A model generated the notes under the pieces. The model was not told the DNA's origin. It ran no database searches and saw nothing but the letters and a program-made list of their open reading frames with translations. DNA of 64,000 nt from Bryobacterales bacterium (lineage in GTDB: Bacteria > Acidobacteriota > Terriglobia > Bryobacterales > UBA6623), in NCBI GenBank assembly GCA_963422375.2, contig OY729428.2:2112001-2176000 (forward strand), in the 5' to 3' direction. Positions 39,846 through 50,174 of the stretch are shown here, in pieces (within the stretch, counting starts at the first letter, position 1; each line of letters begins with the position of its first letter). Both the position numbers and the translations under genes were made by a program.

Positions 39846-42209
39846 ATGGCGAGACTGGTATGGCCTGCAGTTGCGCTGCTGTGGGCAAGCTCCGCGGCGC
39901 TGGCCGCCCCCGGAGCGCAAGCAAGCCAGGCCGATCCCCCGGAACCCTACCGCGCGGTCATCAGAGACTACTGCGTCTCTTGCCACGGCGCTTCGACGGC
40001 CACAGCCGGCCTTGACCTGGAGGGGCTTCTGCGGACGGACGTCCCGCATCAGGCGGAGGCTTGGGAAAAGGTCATTCGCAAGCTCCGCGGGCGGCAGATG
40101 CCGCCTCCCGGGCTGCCGAGGCCGGATAGCGCAGCCTACGAGACTGCCATTTCGAGCACTGCGGCCGCGCTGGACCGCCACGCCGAAGAAAATCCGAATC
40201 CGGGCCGGCCCGACACGTTTCGGCGGCTGAACCGGACCGAGTATCGCCACGCCGTCCGCGACCTGCTTGCCCTCGATGTGGAGGTCGCCACCCTCCTGCC
40301 CGCCGACGAGGCCAGCCACGGCTTCGACAACGTCACGGTCGGGGACCTGCCGCCGGTGCTCTTGGAGCGATACGTCGCGGCCGCCGAGAAAGTCAGCCGA
40401 CTCGCGGTCGGCCGGGCGGGGCGCGTGCCCGACGCCCGCACGGTCCGCGTCCCGCCGGACCTGACCCAGGAGAACCATATCGAGGGGCTCCCGCTCGGGA
40501 CCCGAGGCGGCACCTTGGTGCAGCACACCTTCCCCGAGGACGGCGAGTACGACATAACCCTCCGGCTGGCCCGCGACCGGAACGAGGACATCGAGGGCTT
40601 GAGTCGGCCGCACGAGCTGGAGGTTCTGGTAGACAGGGAGCGGGTCGCGCTGTTCGATGTCAAGCCTCCCCCGAAGGGCTCCGATCACCGCCTCGCGGAC
40701 CGTCACCTCACGGCCAGGGTCCGGGTCAAGGCCGGGCCTCGCCGGGTCGGCGCCACGTTCCTGAAGGACGCGAATCCGGTACCCGAAACGCAGCGGCAGC
40801 CGTACCAAGCGCGCTTCAACTTCTACCGGCATCCGCGCATCCAGCCCGCGATCTACTCGCTCACAATCATCGGGCCCCACGCCCGCGACGGCCCGGGGGA
40901 GACGCCGAGCCGACGGCGCATCTTCGCTTGCCGCCCGGCCGCCCCGTCCGACGAGGACGCTTGCGCGGAGAAGATCGTCCGCTCCCTGGCCACCTTGGCG
41001 TACCGCAGGCCCGCGACCGACGCCGACCTGGCCGGCCCCCTGCGGTTCTACCGCCAAGCCAAGTCCGAGGAGTCCGCAGGCGCCGGCTTCGAAGCCGGGA
41101 TCGAGCGCGCCCTGTCGGCGATCCTAGTCAGCCCTCGCTTCCTTTTCCGCATCGAACGGGATCCTGACGGCATCAAGCCGGACGCACCCTACCGCATCAG
41201 CGAGTACGAACTCGCTTCGCGCCTGGCCTTCTTCCTGTGGAGCAGCATCCCCGACGTCACGCTCCTGCAGGCGGCAGGCAACGGCGAATTGCGAACCTCC
41301 CGCGGACTGGACGCGCAAGTCCGCCGGATGCTGGCAGACGAGCGGTCGCATTCCCTAGTCGACAACTTCGCCACCCAGTGGCTTCACCTGCGCAATCTGG
41401 ACTCGATCCGGCCCGACATGCGCCTGTTCCCCGACTTCGACGACAACCTTCGCCGGTCGTTCCGCAAGGAGACGGAGCTGCTGCTGGCCAGCGTGATCCG
41501 AGAGGACCGCAGCGTGCTCGACCTGCTCCGAGCCGAATACACCTATTTGGACGGGCGGCTCGCCAAGCACTACGGCATTGGGAACGCGTACGGAAGCCGG
41601 TTCCGCCGGATCGCTCTCGGGCCGGACAGCAAGCGCGGGGGACTTCTGCGCCACGGCAGCGTGCTGACGGTCACCTCCTACCCGACCCGCACCTCGCCCG
41701 TGATCCGCGGCAAGTGGATCCTGGAGAACGTCCTCGGCATGCCCCCGCCGCCCCCGCCCGCAGACGTGCCCGAGCTGCAGGACAACACCGTATCGGGCGG
41801 GCTCTCGGTCCGCGAGAGGCTGGCCGAGCACCGCGCCAACCCGGCCTGCGCGAGCTGCCACGATCCCATGGATCCACTGGGTTTCGCGCTGGAGAACTTC
41901 GACGCCGTAGGCCGCTGGCGCGTCGCGGACGGAGGCGAGCCCATCGATCCTTCCGCCGTCCTGGCGGACGGCACGCGAGTCGCAGGCGTAGCAGGCCTGG
42001 AGGAGGCCCTGCTGGAGCGCCCCGAGCTGTTCGCCACGGCGCTGGCCGAGAAGCTGCTGACCTTCGCCCTGGGCAGGGGAGTGGAGCACTTCGACGCCCC
42101 GGCAATCCGGCGCGTCGTGCGAGACGCGAGCGATAGCGACTACCGGTTCTCCTCGCTTATCCTAGGAATCGCGAGAAGCACGCCGTTCCAGATGAGGAGA
42201 TCACGATGA
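39846..42209 (+). CDS. DUF1592-family protein (DUF1587/1595/1592/1588/1585) with two CxxCH motifs
   Basis: CVSCH, RRLNRTEY, ELASRLAFFLWSS, TSPVIRGKWIL, CASCH; start at signal-peptide ATG 39846. Confidence 0.93.
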   Translation: MARLVWPAVALLWASSAALAAPGAQASQADPPEPYRAVIRDYCVSCHGASTATAGLDLEGLLRTDVPHQAEAWEKVIRKLRGRQMPPPGLPRPDSAAYETAISSTAAALDRHAEENPNPGRPDTFRRLNRTEYRHAVRDLLALDVEVATLLPADEASHGFDNVTVGDLPPVLLERYVAAAEKVSRLAVGRAGRVPDARTVRVPPDLTQENHIEGLPLGTRGGTLVQHTFPEDGEYDITLRLARDRNEDIEGLSRPHELEVLVDRERVALFDVKPPPKGSDHRLADRHLTARVRVKAGPRRVGATFLKDANPVPETQRQPYQARFNFYRHPRIQPAIYSLTIIGPHARDGPGETPSRRRIFACRPAAPSDEDACAEKIVRSLATLAYRRPATDADLAGPLRFYRQAKSEESAGAGFEAGIERALSAILVSPRFLFRIERDPDGIKPDAPYRISEYELASRLAFFLWSSIPDVTLLQAAGNGELRTSRGLDAQVRRMLADERSHSLVDNFATQWLHLRNLDSIRPDMRLFPDFDDNLRRSFRKETELLLASVIREDRSVLDLLRAEYTYLDGRLAKHYGIGNAYGSRFRRIALGPDSKRGGLLRHGSVLTVTSYPTRTSPVIRGKWILENVLGMPPPPPPADVPELQDNTVSGGLSVRERLAEHRANPACASCHDPMDPLGFALENFDAVGRWRVADGGEPIDPSAVLADGTRVAGVAGLEEALLERPELFATALAEKLLTFALGRGVEHFDAPAIRRVVRDASDSDYRFSSLILGIARSTPFQMRRSR

Positions 42210-43549
42210 CCGTCACCAAGAAGGCCCTGCCGCGGCGCACGTTTCTCCGCGGGGCGGGCACGGCCCTCTCGCTGCCGCTGCTGGACGCGATGGTCCCGCC
42301 TCTGACGGCGCTCCCCAAGACCGCGGCCCGGCCGGTGCGGAGGCTGGGCTTCGTCTACGTCCCGATGGGGTGCGACATCACGCGGTGGACCCCGCCAGGG
42401 GACGGGGATCTGCAAGAGCTCTCGCCGTCCCTGTCGTCGCTGGCTCCCGTGATCGGCGACGTGACCGTCCTCACGAACATGGAGCTGAAGAACTCCTACC
42501 CGGGCACGCATGCGACGTCGAACGCCGGCTTCCTGAGTGCCGCCAAGGCGAAATGGACGGAGAGCACGGACTACCGCCTCGGGACAACTGTCGACCAGAT
42601 CGCTGCGCAGGGAATCGGGCAGGAGACGCGGCTGCCGTCCCTCGAGATGGCGATGGATTTGGTTTCGATGGTCGGCCAGTGCGACAACGGCTTCGCCTGC
42701 GTCTACCAGAACAACCTCTCGTGGTCCTCGCCGACCACGCCGCTGCCGGCCGAGGCGCATCCGCGCATTGTTTTCGAGCGGCTCTTCGGCGAAGGCGGCA
42801 CGCCCGAAGACCGGCGGGCAGCCCTGCGTCGCAAGGCGAGCCTCCTGGACTGGGTCCTGGAGGACACGGCCAGCCTCCGCACGGAGCTGGGTCCGGAAGA
42901 CCGCGCCCGGATCGACCAGTACCTCGACTCGATCCGCGAGGTGGAGCGTCGCATCCAGAAGGCGGAGGAAACCTCCGGCGACGGGGCACTGCCCGATCTC
43001 GACCGCCCGGCCGGTGTGCCTGCGGCCTACGCCGATCACGCGAAGCTCATGTTCGACCTGCAAGTCCTTGCAATGCAGGCCGATATCACGCGCGTCTTCA
43101 CGTTCCAGCTGGCGCGCGAGACCAGCACGCGGACCTATCCGGAAGCCGGCGTTACCGAACCGCACCACCCCCTGACTCATCACGGCAACAACCCGGAGAA
43201 GATCGCCAAGGTGGCCAAGATCAACCAGTTCCACGTGTCTCTGTTCGCCGCTTACCTCGAGAAGCTCAAGTCAACGCCCGACGTCGATGGCTCCCTGCTG
43301 GACAACTCGCTGATCCTGTACGGCAGCGGCATGGGGAACCCGAACGTTCACGACCACACGAACCTTCCCATCCTGGTCGCGGGCGGAGCGGCGGGCGGCC
43401 TCAAGGGCGGCCGCCACATCCGCTACGCCGAGCCAGCGCCGCTGGCCAACCTTCACCTGACGCTGCTCGACAGGGCCGGCGTCCACCTCGACCGCTTCGG
43501 GGACAGCACGGGCAGGCTCCCGGAGCTCGCCGAGCCGCTGGATATCTGA
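42206..43549 (+). CDS. DUF1552-family protein
   Basis: PRRTFLRGAG..LPLLDAM, TTVDQ, HHPLTHH, SLLDNS, HDHTNLP; ATGA overlap with the previous gene. Confidence 0.93.
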   Translation: MTVTKKALPRRTFLRGAGTALSLPLLDAMVPPLTALPKTAARPVRRLGFVYVPMGCDITRWTPPGDGDLQELSPSLSSLAPVIGDVTVLTNMELKNSYPGTHATSNAGFLSAAKAKWTESTDYRLGTTVDQIAAQGIGQETRLPSLEMAMDLVSMVGQCDNGFACVYQNNLSWSSPTTPLPAEAHPRIVFERLFGEGGTPEDRRAALRRKASLLDWVLEDTASLRTELGPEDRARIDQYLDSIREVERRIQKAEETSGDGALPDLDRPAGVPAAYADHAKLMFDLQVLAMQADITRVFTFQLARETSTRTYPEAGVTEPHHPLTHHGNNPEKIAKVAKINQFHVSLFAAYLEKLKSTPDVDGSLLDNSLILYGSGMGNPNVHDHTNLPILVAGGAAGGLKGGRHIRYAEPAPLANLHLTLLDRAGVHLDRFGDSTGRLPELAEPLDI

Positions 43550-43576
43550 CCGAAGATTCTCGGGAGCGGCGCACCG

Positions 43577-45076
43577 ATGGGCGAGACCTCGAGGCGAGTC
43601 GGCCTGCTGGCCCTGGCGGCGGGCGCGGCGCTGCTGCCGTGCGCCGCCCCCGCCTCCACGCTCGCGGACGAGGCGGAGCGCGGCCGCTTCGAACGCGTCC
43701 GGCACATCCTTGCCCGGGGATCGGACCCGGACGAGCCCCAAGCCGACGGCATGACGGCCCTGCTCTGGGCGGTGCATCTCGACCGCCTCGATTCGGCTCG
43801 CCTGCTCGTCCGGGCGGGGGCGGACCCGAATCGCGGAAACCGCTACGGAGTGACGCCGCTGTCTCTGGCCTGCCTCGGCGGCAACGCCGCAATGGTCCGG
43901 CTGCTGCTAGAGAGCGGGGCGGATCCCGATGCCGCGCTGCGCGCTGGGGAAACGCCCTTGATGACCGCCGCTCGGAGCGGCAATGCAGCCGCCGTCGAGG
44001 CGCTCCTAGCGCACGGCGCGGAAGTTGAAGCCAGGGAAGCCATCGGACGGCAGACAGCGCTCATTTGGGCAGCTGCCGAAGGCCACGCGGAGGCCACGAG
44101 CGCCCTGATCCGGGCGGGAGCCGACATCGGCCTGAGGCTGGCCTCGGGATTCACCCCCGTGCTCTTCGCAGCTCGAGAGGGCCACATCGAGGTCCTCGAG
44201 GCGCTGCTCGAAGCGGGCGCGGATCCGAACGACTGGATCCGTCCGCCGACCGACGAACCGAGCATGGCACGGGGCTACAAGGGAGCTCCGCCGTACGGCG
44301 CGAGCGCCCTGCTCATCGCGGTCGAGAACGCTCACTACGAGCTGGCGCTCCACCTGCTGGACGCGGGCGCGGAGCCCGACGGCACCAGGACGGGCTACAC
44401 CGTCCTGCATGCGCTCGCGAGGGTCCGCAAGCCGGGGCGCGGCGACAACGACCCGCCTCCGGCCGGATCTGGCCGGGTGAGCAGCATCGAGTTCGTGCGC
44501 GAGATCGCAGAGCGCGGTGCCGACCTGAACGCCAGAATGACCAAGAACGTCAATCTCGGAAACACCCGGCTCAGGAAGCTCGGCGCGACACCCTACATGC
44601 TCGCGGCTCAGAGCGCCGACGCGGAGCTCATGCGCGCCCTAGCGGGGCTCGGCGCGGATGTCTCGATCCCAAACGTCCACGGCAGCACCCCGCTGATGGC
44701 GGCGGCGGGCCTCGGCACGCGGTCTCCGGGCGAGGACGCCGGCTTGGAGCACGAGGTGCTCGAGGCGATCAATGTCGCTCTGGAGCATGGCGCGGACATC
44801 AATGCGGTCGACGAGAACGGTGAGACGGTCATGCATGCCGCGGCGTACAAGAATCTTCCGCAGGTGGTGGAGCACCTAGCGTCCCGCGGCGCGGAAATCG
44901 GGATCTGGAACACCGAGAATCGCTACGGCTGGACGCCGCTAGCGATCGCGACGGGGTACCGGTTCGGCAACTTCAAGCCGTCTCAGGTGACTGTCGACGC
45001 GCTCCGCCGCGTGATGATCGCGAACGGAGTCGTGCCGCCCGCAGCTGTCAGGGCGAAGACCGAGCAGATTTACTGA
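43577..45076 (+). CDS. Exported ankyrin-repeat protein
   Basis: Multiple GxTPL/TAL..A...G repeats after a signal peptide. Confidence 0.93.
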   Translation: MGETSRRVGLLALAAGAALLPCAAPASTLADEAERGRFERVRHILARGSDPDEPQADGMTALLWAVHLDRLDSARLLVRAGADPNRGNRYGVTPLSLACLGGNAAMVRLLLESGADPDAALRAGETPLMTAARSGNAAAVEALLAHGAEVEAREAIGRQTALIWAAAEGHAEATSALIRAGADIGLRLASGFTPVLFAAREGHIEVLEALLEAGADPNDWIRPPTDEPSMARGYKGAPPYGASALLIAVENAHYELALHLLDAGAEPDGTRTGYTVLHALARVRKPGRGDNDPPPAGSGRVSSIEFVREIAERGADLNARMTKNVNLGNTRLRKLGATPYMLAAQSADAELMRALAGLGADVSIPNVHGSTPLMAAAGLGTRSPGEDAGLEHEVLEAINVALEHGADINAVDENGETVMHAAAYKNLPQVVEHLASRGAEIGIWNTENRYGWTPLAIATGYRFGNFKPSQVTVDALRRVMIANGVVPPAAVRAKTEQIY

Positions 45077-45389
45077 ACTCGGTCCGCGCTATCGATCAAC
45101 CGGGCGCATGTACGGTCGCTAGGGCACCGTCGGTGAGGGAGGGCCAGGCCGTCACCGGTCGGGACGGACTCTCCGGGTCTTTCCAAGCTGTCGGCGCGCT
45201 CGGTGCGCCGCACGTCGAAACGGATTCTGCGCCGACGCTTAGGCCAGCATGCCGCGAGCGGAGGGAGGTCCAGGAAGCAGGTGTCTTGAGGCCGGTGCCG
45301 CGATCTGCTCGGAGGGGGAGTGCGCCTGCGTACGGGCGGACGACCGAGAGAATCTTGCCATGCCCCAGTGAGAGAGTTAAGTTAGAAGC

Positions 45390-46631
45390 GTGCGCCGGTG
45401 CGCCTCGAGTCTTCCCATCGGCCTGAATCGCCTACAGAGGTCCGTCTCGGCTGTGGGCCTCGCGCTGGCGCTCGGCGCGACCGGAGTCTCTGCCTTCGCG
45501 GAGGACCAACAGGAACCTGTGCCGTACGACAGGGGGCTCTACCGGCATTGGACAGACGCGGACTCGGACTGCCGGGATACCCGGGAGGAGGTCCTCATCG
45601 CGGAGAGCCAGTCCCCGGTCGAGCTTGACGAGCGCGGGTGCAAGGTCGTCGGCGGGTATTGGTACGACCCCTATCTCGGCGAGAGGGTCTCGGACCCGGC
45701 GTTGCTGGATGTCGACCACTTCGTGCCCCTAGCAGAAGCGCATCGGAGCGGTGCGCACTCGTGGACACCCGAGCGACGAGAGGCCTACGCGAATGATCTA
45801 ACCCATGCAGAGACGCTCATTGCCACGACCTTCAAATCCAACCGCTCCAAGGGGAGCTCCGATCCCGCCGACTGGCTGCCCCCCAATGAAGCGTACCGTT
45901 GCGAATATGTCCGGACTTGGGTAATCGTCAAGGCCACCTGGGGTCTGGCCAGTGACGAGGACGAAGATCGAGCCGTCCGGGAAGTACTGGAATCGTGCCG
46001 TGCCGCTTCCGGCAGGGACCGCCCCGACGAATCGGAATCTCGGCTTACGACGCTGGGAGGTGGTCCGACGGTGTCGGCCGTGGCGGTCGGGGGGGGCGGA
46101 GACCCGACGCACTGCGCCGCCCCCGAAGGCTCAGGCCAGGGCGACGGCGCAGGTCATGCGCAGTCTTGCGAGAGCGAATCGTCTGCGAACCCGCTCGACG
46201 GGTCCTCGCAGGCTGCCGCCGAACAATCGGGCGGGAGCCGGCGCGGCTGCACCGACATCAACACGGCCTCTTCCGCCGAACTCGAGGCCGTCAGCGGTAT
46301 CGGCCCGGCCACCCTCGCGAACCTGCGCGCCGCCGACTTCTGCGTCGCCGACCATGGGCCTGTCCAACCAGCGGCCGACAGCAGGCCTGACGCCGTCGCG
46401 GAGAAGGCGGACAGCCAAGCGGGAAGCCCAGCAACTTGCACGAATGTCAATGCCGCCACGTCGGCCACGTTGCAGGCTGTGAGCGGCATCGGGCCGGCTA
46501 GAGCCAAGGCGATCATCGAGCATCGCGAACGCAACGGTCCCTTCGGCAGGCTCGACCAGCTGCTCGAGGTGAGCGGCGTCGGACCGTCGACCCTGAGGAA
46601 CTTCCGCGCCGCCGGCTACTGCGCCCAGTGA
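45390..46631 (+). CDS. Exported HNH-type (DUF1524-like) nuclease fused to ComEA-like helix-hairpin-helix domains
   Basis: HWTDADSDCRDTREEVL, DVDHFVPL, ANDL, NRSKGSSDP..WLP; C-terminal INTAS..L..VSGIGP repeats. Start uncertain. Confidence 0.85.
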   Translation: MRRCASSLPIGLNRLQRSVSAVGLALALGATGVSAFAEDQQEPVPYDRGLYRHWTDADSDCRDTREEVLIAESQSPVELDERGCKVVGGYWYDPYLGERVSDPALLDVDHFVPLAEAHRSGAHSWTPERREAYANDLTHAETLIATTFKSNRSKGSSDPADWLPPNEAYRCEYVRTWVIVKATWGLASDEDEDRAVREVLESCRAASGRDRPDESESRLTTLGGGPTVSAVAVGGGGDPTHCAAPEGSGQGDGAGHAQSCESESSANPLDGSSQAAAEQSGGSRRGCTDINTASSAELEAVSGIGPATLANLRAADFCVADHGPVQPAADSRPDAVAEKADSQAGSPATCTNVNAATSATLQAVSGIGPARAKAIIEHRERNGPFGRLDQLLEVSGVGPSTLRNFRAAGYCAQ

Positions 46632-46754
46632 GGGAAGAGCCACCCTCGGCGAGGGCCAACGGGCGGAGCCATGCGGGTAGACTATATTCGTGCGCATGCA
46701 GCGAAGGGCGTCAACGGCGCGGGACTGCCAATGACAGGGGAGGCAATTGGATCG

Positions 46755-48179
46755 ATGCGATCCGCCGTCGCACCGTCGCGTCGAGCGATCCTTCGTAACG
46801 CCACGATGGGCATGGGAATGTGCGCCCTAGGCGCGCTGATGACGAGCGATCGCGCACGCGGTGCCGCGAGCTACGACCCGACCGACCCGCTAGCGCCGAA
46901 GCCGCCACCGCTTCCAGCGAAGGCCAAGAGGGTCATCCACATCTTCATGAACGGCGGCCCCTCGCAGGTGGACACGTTCGATCCCAAGCCGGCCCTCGCC
47001 CGATACGGCGGCCAGCAGCTACCGATCCACCTGCGGACCGAGCGCCAGACCGGTGCAGCCTTCCCATCGCCGTTCGCGTTCCACAAGCACGGCCAGAGCG
47101 GGATCGAGGTCAGCGAGATTTTCCCGCGGGTCGCAGAGCACGTCGACGACCTGTGTGTCGTCCGGTCAATGCATACCGAGGTTCCCAATCACGGGCCTTC
47201 GCTGATGATGATGAACACGGGCACCACGCAGCAGTCACGCCCGAGCTTCGGATCGTGGCTGACGTACGGGCTCGGAAGCGAGAACCGCAATCTGCCCGGC
47301 TTCGTGGTGCTGTGCCCCGGCGGCTACCCCGTGTGGGGCGCGAAGAACTGGCGCGCGGCGTTCCTGCCCGGGGCCTTCCAAGGTACGCATGTCGACACGC
47401 GCCACACCGCTCCCGAGAAGCTCATCGCAAATGTGAGGAGCAGTTTCGCCAGCGAGCGATCCCAGCGAGAGCAGCTGGACCTTCTTGCAAGCATGAATCG
47501 CACGCACGCATCCAAGAGGGCGGACGACGCCCTGTTGGAGGCGAGGACCCAGTCTTTCGAGCTGGCGTTCCGCATGCAAATCGAAGCGGCCGACGTGTTC
47601 GACATCGGCAGCGAGCCGAAGTCGGTGCGCGACTTGTACGGCGACTCCCTTCACGGGCGGCAGATGCTCATCGCCCGCAGGCTGCTCGAGAAGGGCGTCC
47701 GTTTCGTGCAAGTTTGGCACGGCGCGGGGCAGCCGTGGGACTCCCACAGCGAAGTCGAATCGAACCACCGGCGGCTCGCCTCGGAGTGCGACCAGCCGAT
47801 CGCGGCGCTCCTGACCGACCTGAAGAAGCTCGGGATGCTCGACGACACCTTGGTGATCTGGGGCGGGGAATTCGGCAGGACTCCGGTGGTGGAGCTCACT
47901 TCTTTCGGGGCCAACGCGGGCAAGAACGGCCGCGACCACAATTCGTACGGGTTCTCGATGTGGCTAGCCGGGGGCGGTGTCAAGGCGGGCCACGTTCACG
48001 GCGCAACGGACGAGTTCGGGTTCCGGGCCGAAGAAGACAAGGTTCACGTGCATGACCTTCACGCGACCCTCCTGCACCTGCTCGGTTTCGACCATGAGGG
48101 GTTCACATTCCGCTACGCGGGACGCGATTTCCGGTTGACCGACGTGCATGGCGAGGTAGTGCGAGGCCTGCTCGCGTGA
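46755..48179 (+). CDS. DUF1501-family protein
   Basis: Tat-like SRRAIL, FMNGGPSQVDTFDPKP, WDSH, WGGEFGRTP, GRDH, DLHATLLHLLG, RLTDV. Confidence 0.94.
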   Translation: MRSAVAPSRRAILRNATMGMGMCALGALMTSDRARGAASYDPTDPLAPKPPPLPAKAKRVIHIFMNGGPSQVDTFDPKPALARYGGQQLPIHLRTERQTGAAFPSPFAFHKHGQSGIEVSEIFPRVAEHVDDLCVVRSMHTEVPNHGPSLMMMNTGTTQQSRPSFGSWLTYGLGSENRNLPGFVVLCPGGYPVWGAKNWRAAFLPGAFQGTHVDTRHTAPEKLIANVRSSFASERSQREQLDLLASMNRTHASKRADDALLEARTQSFELAFRMQIEAADVFDIGSEPKSVRDLYGDSLHGRQMLIARRLLEKGVRFVQVWHGAGQPWDSHSEVESNHRRLASECDQPIAALLTDLKKLGMLDDTLVIWGGEFGRTPVVELTSFGANAGKNGRDHNSYGFSMWLAGGGVKAGHVHGATDEFGFRAEEDKVHVHDLHATLLHLLGFDHEGFTFRYAGRDFRLTDVHGEVVRGLLA

Positions 48180-49102
48180 GCTGTTAGCGGGTCATGTCGA
48201 ACACCGAGGACCGGTCGGAGGACCGGCGACGCCGCTTCACGGTCATTTTGACGAGCAGGGACTGCAAGGGGCGCTGCCGTCAGCTTGGATAGCCAGCGCC
48301 GGCGATCTCGGACTCCCGACATTCGCCCCGCGGGGGCCTGCACTCGTCCGGCGTGCCCCAGAGCGGCCCGGTCAACGATATTGGTTCGACAGCCTTGCTG
48401 TCGACGCGATACTTGATCATAGATCGCCGTCTTGGGTGGTCGGCCCAAGCCTCGATTGCCACCACGCACCAATCTTCCGCTAGCCCGACTTCCCGCTCAT
48501 CTAGACCAATGATGTCGAGCAACACCGTGGCCGCCGTCCCAAGCGAGCGGTGGTCCTGCCCGCTGGTCTCCTTGTTCTGCCGTCGCCGGGACGCGACCAA
48601 GTCGAATGCTCGCGGCGCGGCCGATGCGTTAGGGATCTCCACGGGCTCATGCGTCATGGCACCATCCGCCACGGGATCGCAAGGACAAGCGATGCATGTG
48701 CGGTGAAGGCACCAAGCGTTCCCGGCTGGCACGTGCAGTGCCAGCTGGAACGCGTCAGAGTACAGCCGATCGATTCCGTTCGGCACGAGCGCGACATCTT
48801 CCTTGGGAGGGCGTCGACCCTGTGCGCTGGCGAGGCGGCAGGAGGCTAGCGGAGTCTGGTCGACTTTCTTGCTACCGGTTCCCCGTCATAGGCCCCCCGG
48901 CGACGACGCGCCGTATGGCCAGGTGTGTAGTTTGCGCTCCGAACCAAGCCCCCGCCAGTGCGAGGGGTGACGTCGAAGCAAATCACTTCGGAGGCTGCTT
49001 CGAGAAGCGGCAATTCAACGGGCGAGGCCGATTCCGAAGTAGCGGAATGGACACCTGCTAGCAGCTTTGCCTAGCCCTGTGATTGACTCTGATCTCAGCC
49101 GC

Positions 49103-49645
49103 TCAGTCTTCGGCTTCCTCGGAGGGAAGCGACTGCGCCGCGATCCGCCCCGGAGTGCCGGCGTCGATTGGCCGCCCCGGACCGGAACTTGCAGACCAAG
49201 ACCGGATCTGCAGGACTGTCGCTTGCAGCCGACCCAATTCCCGTTCATGCTCGGCCTGACGCGCCTGAATGGGCTCTATTTGCTTCATGTCAGAGCCTAG
49301 CGCGGCCAGCTGCGCTCCGACGTGCGCGATCTGCTCCGAGAGCTTGCGGTAGTCGTCCCGATGCTGCTCCGAGAGCTTGCGGATGTCGTCTTGCATCTGC
49401 CGAATGACATCCCAGATCTGAGCGAGCTGCGCAACCTGGGCGCTCTGTCGCCCCTCTAGCCGCCCAACGACCTCCCGCAAGTTGCCGACACCGTCGGACA
49501 GCTTCTCGACTGCACCTGCGAGCCGACGGGTATACTCGCGCTGCGCCCCTAGGTGCTGCTTGAGCATCCGCGACGTCAAGGTTACTATCGCGACTACGAC
49601 GCCGGTCGAGGACAGCACTATGGTCGCAATCTGTACAGGATCCAT
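49103..49645 (-). CDS. Coiled-coil protein with N-terminal membrane anchor
   Basis: Hydrophobic N-terminus, heptad pattern, 11-aa repeat DDIRKLSEQHR/DDYRKLSEQIA. Confidence 0.7.
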   Translation of the reverse strand: MDPVQIATIVLSSTGVVVAIVTLTSRMLKQHLGAQREYTRRLAGAVEKLSDGVGNLREVVGRLEGRQSAQVAQLAQIWDVIRQMQDDIRKLSEQHRDDYRKLSEQIAHVGAQLAALGSDMKQIEPIQARQAEHERELGRLQATVLQIRSWSASSGPGRPIDAGTPGRIAAQSLPSEEAED

Positions 49646-50174
49646 CCGGTTGATCCTGGCATGGCGTGGCAGGTTCGCATGCCTCAGCGCCCTGCCGTGT
49701 CGATTGCTTCTCGGCGTCCCGCCCGCTATCTCTCCGACGCCAGCGACTCGCGACTAGGATCTGCGGGGCCCAGCGGACAGCCGCGGGACTCCTCAGAACC
49801 TGAGAGGCCGGCTCGGGGCTCCGGCCAAAGCCCGCAAGCTGATTCGACTTGGGGCGCCCTGCCTTCGCTCGCGGTCAAGGGTGAATGAATGAAGCTGGCG
49901 GCGGGCACCTCCGCTCGGCGTTCCGAATCTTCGGCCGCGATCGAGACCGTCTCTCGGTTGGCTGGCTAGTCGCCGCACGAGCTTGACTCAAGCTTCAGCC
50001 TGAGACAAGCGAATTGGCGATGCCTCGCGGCTCGCGAACGCCTGCGCATGACCGAGGACGGGCACCCGCATCGCGAACCTCGCGACTAGGGGAAGCCCGC
50101 TCGTCAAGTTAGAATGAGAATTGAGGAGCGGCCCGCGCTCCCGGACTGGGCCGCACGGAAGGAAGGGCGATTCG

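Noticed and set aside
37991..44028. Long alternative ORFs (37991-39844, 39192-41057, 42370-44028 and similar elsewhere)
   Set aside because: Shadow frames of high-GC genes with no recognisable motifs.
43577..45076. Ankyrin protein as a host-interaction effector
   Set aside because: It occupies the position commonly seen after DUF1592-DUF1552, so a role within that module is more parsimonious.
48280..48786. 168-aa minus-strand ORF
   Set aside because: No recognisable motif or clear start; may be a decayed fragment.
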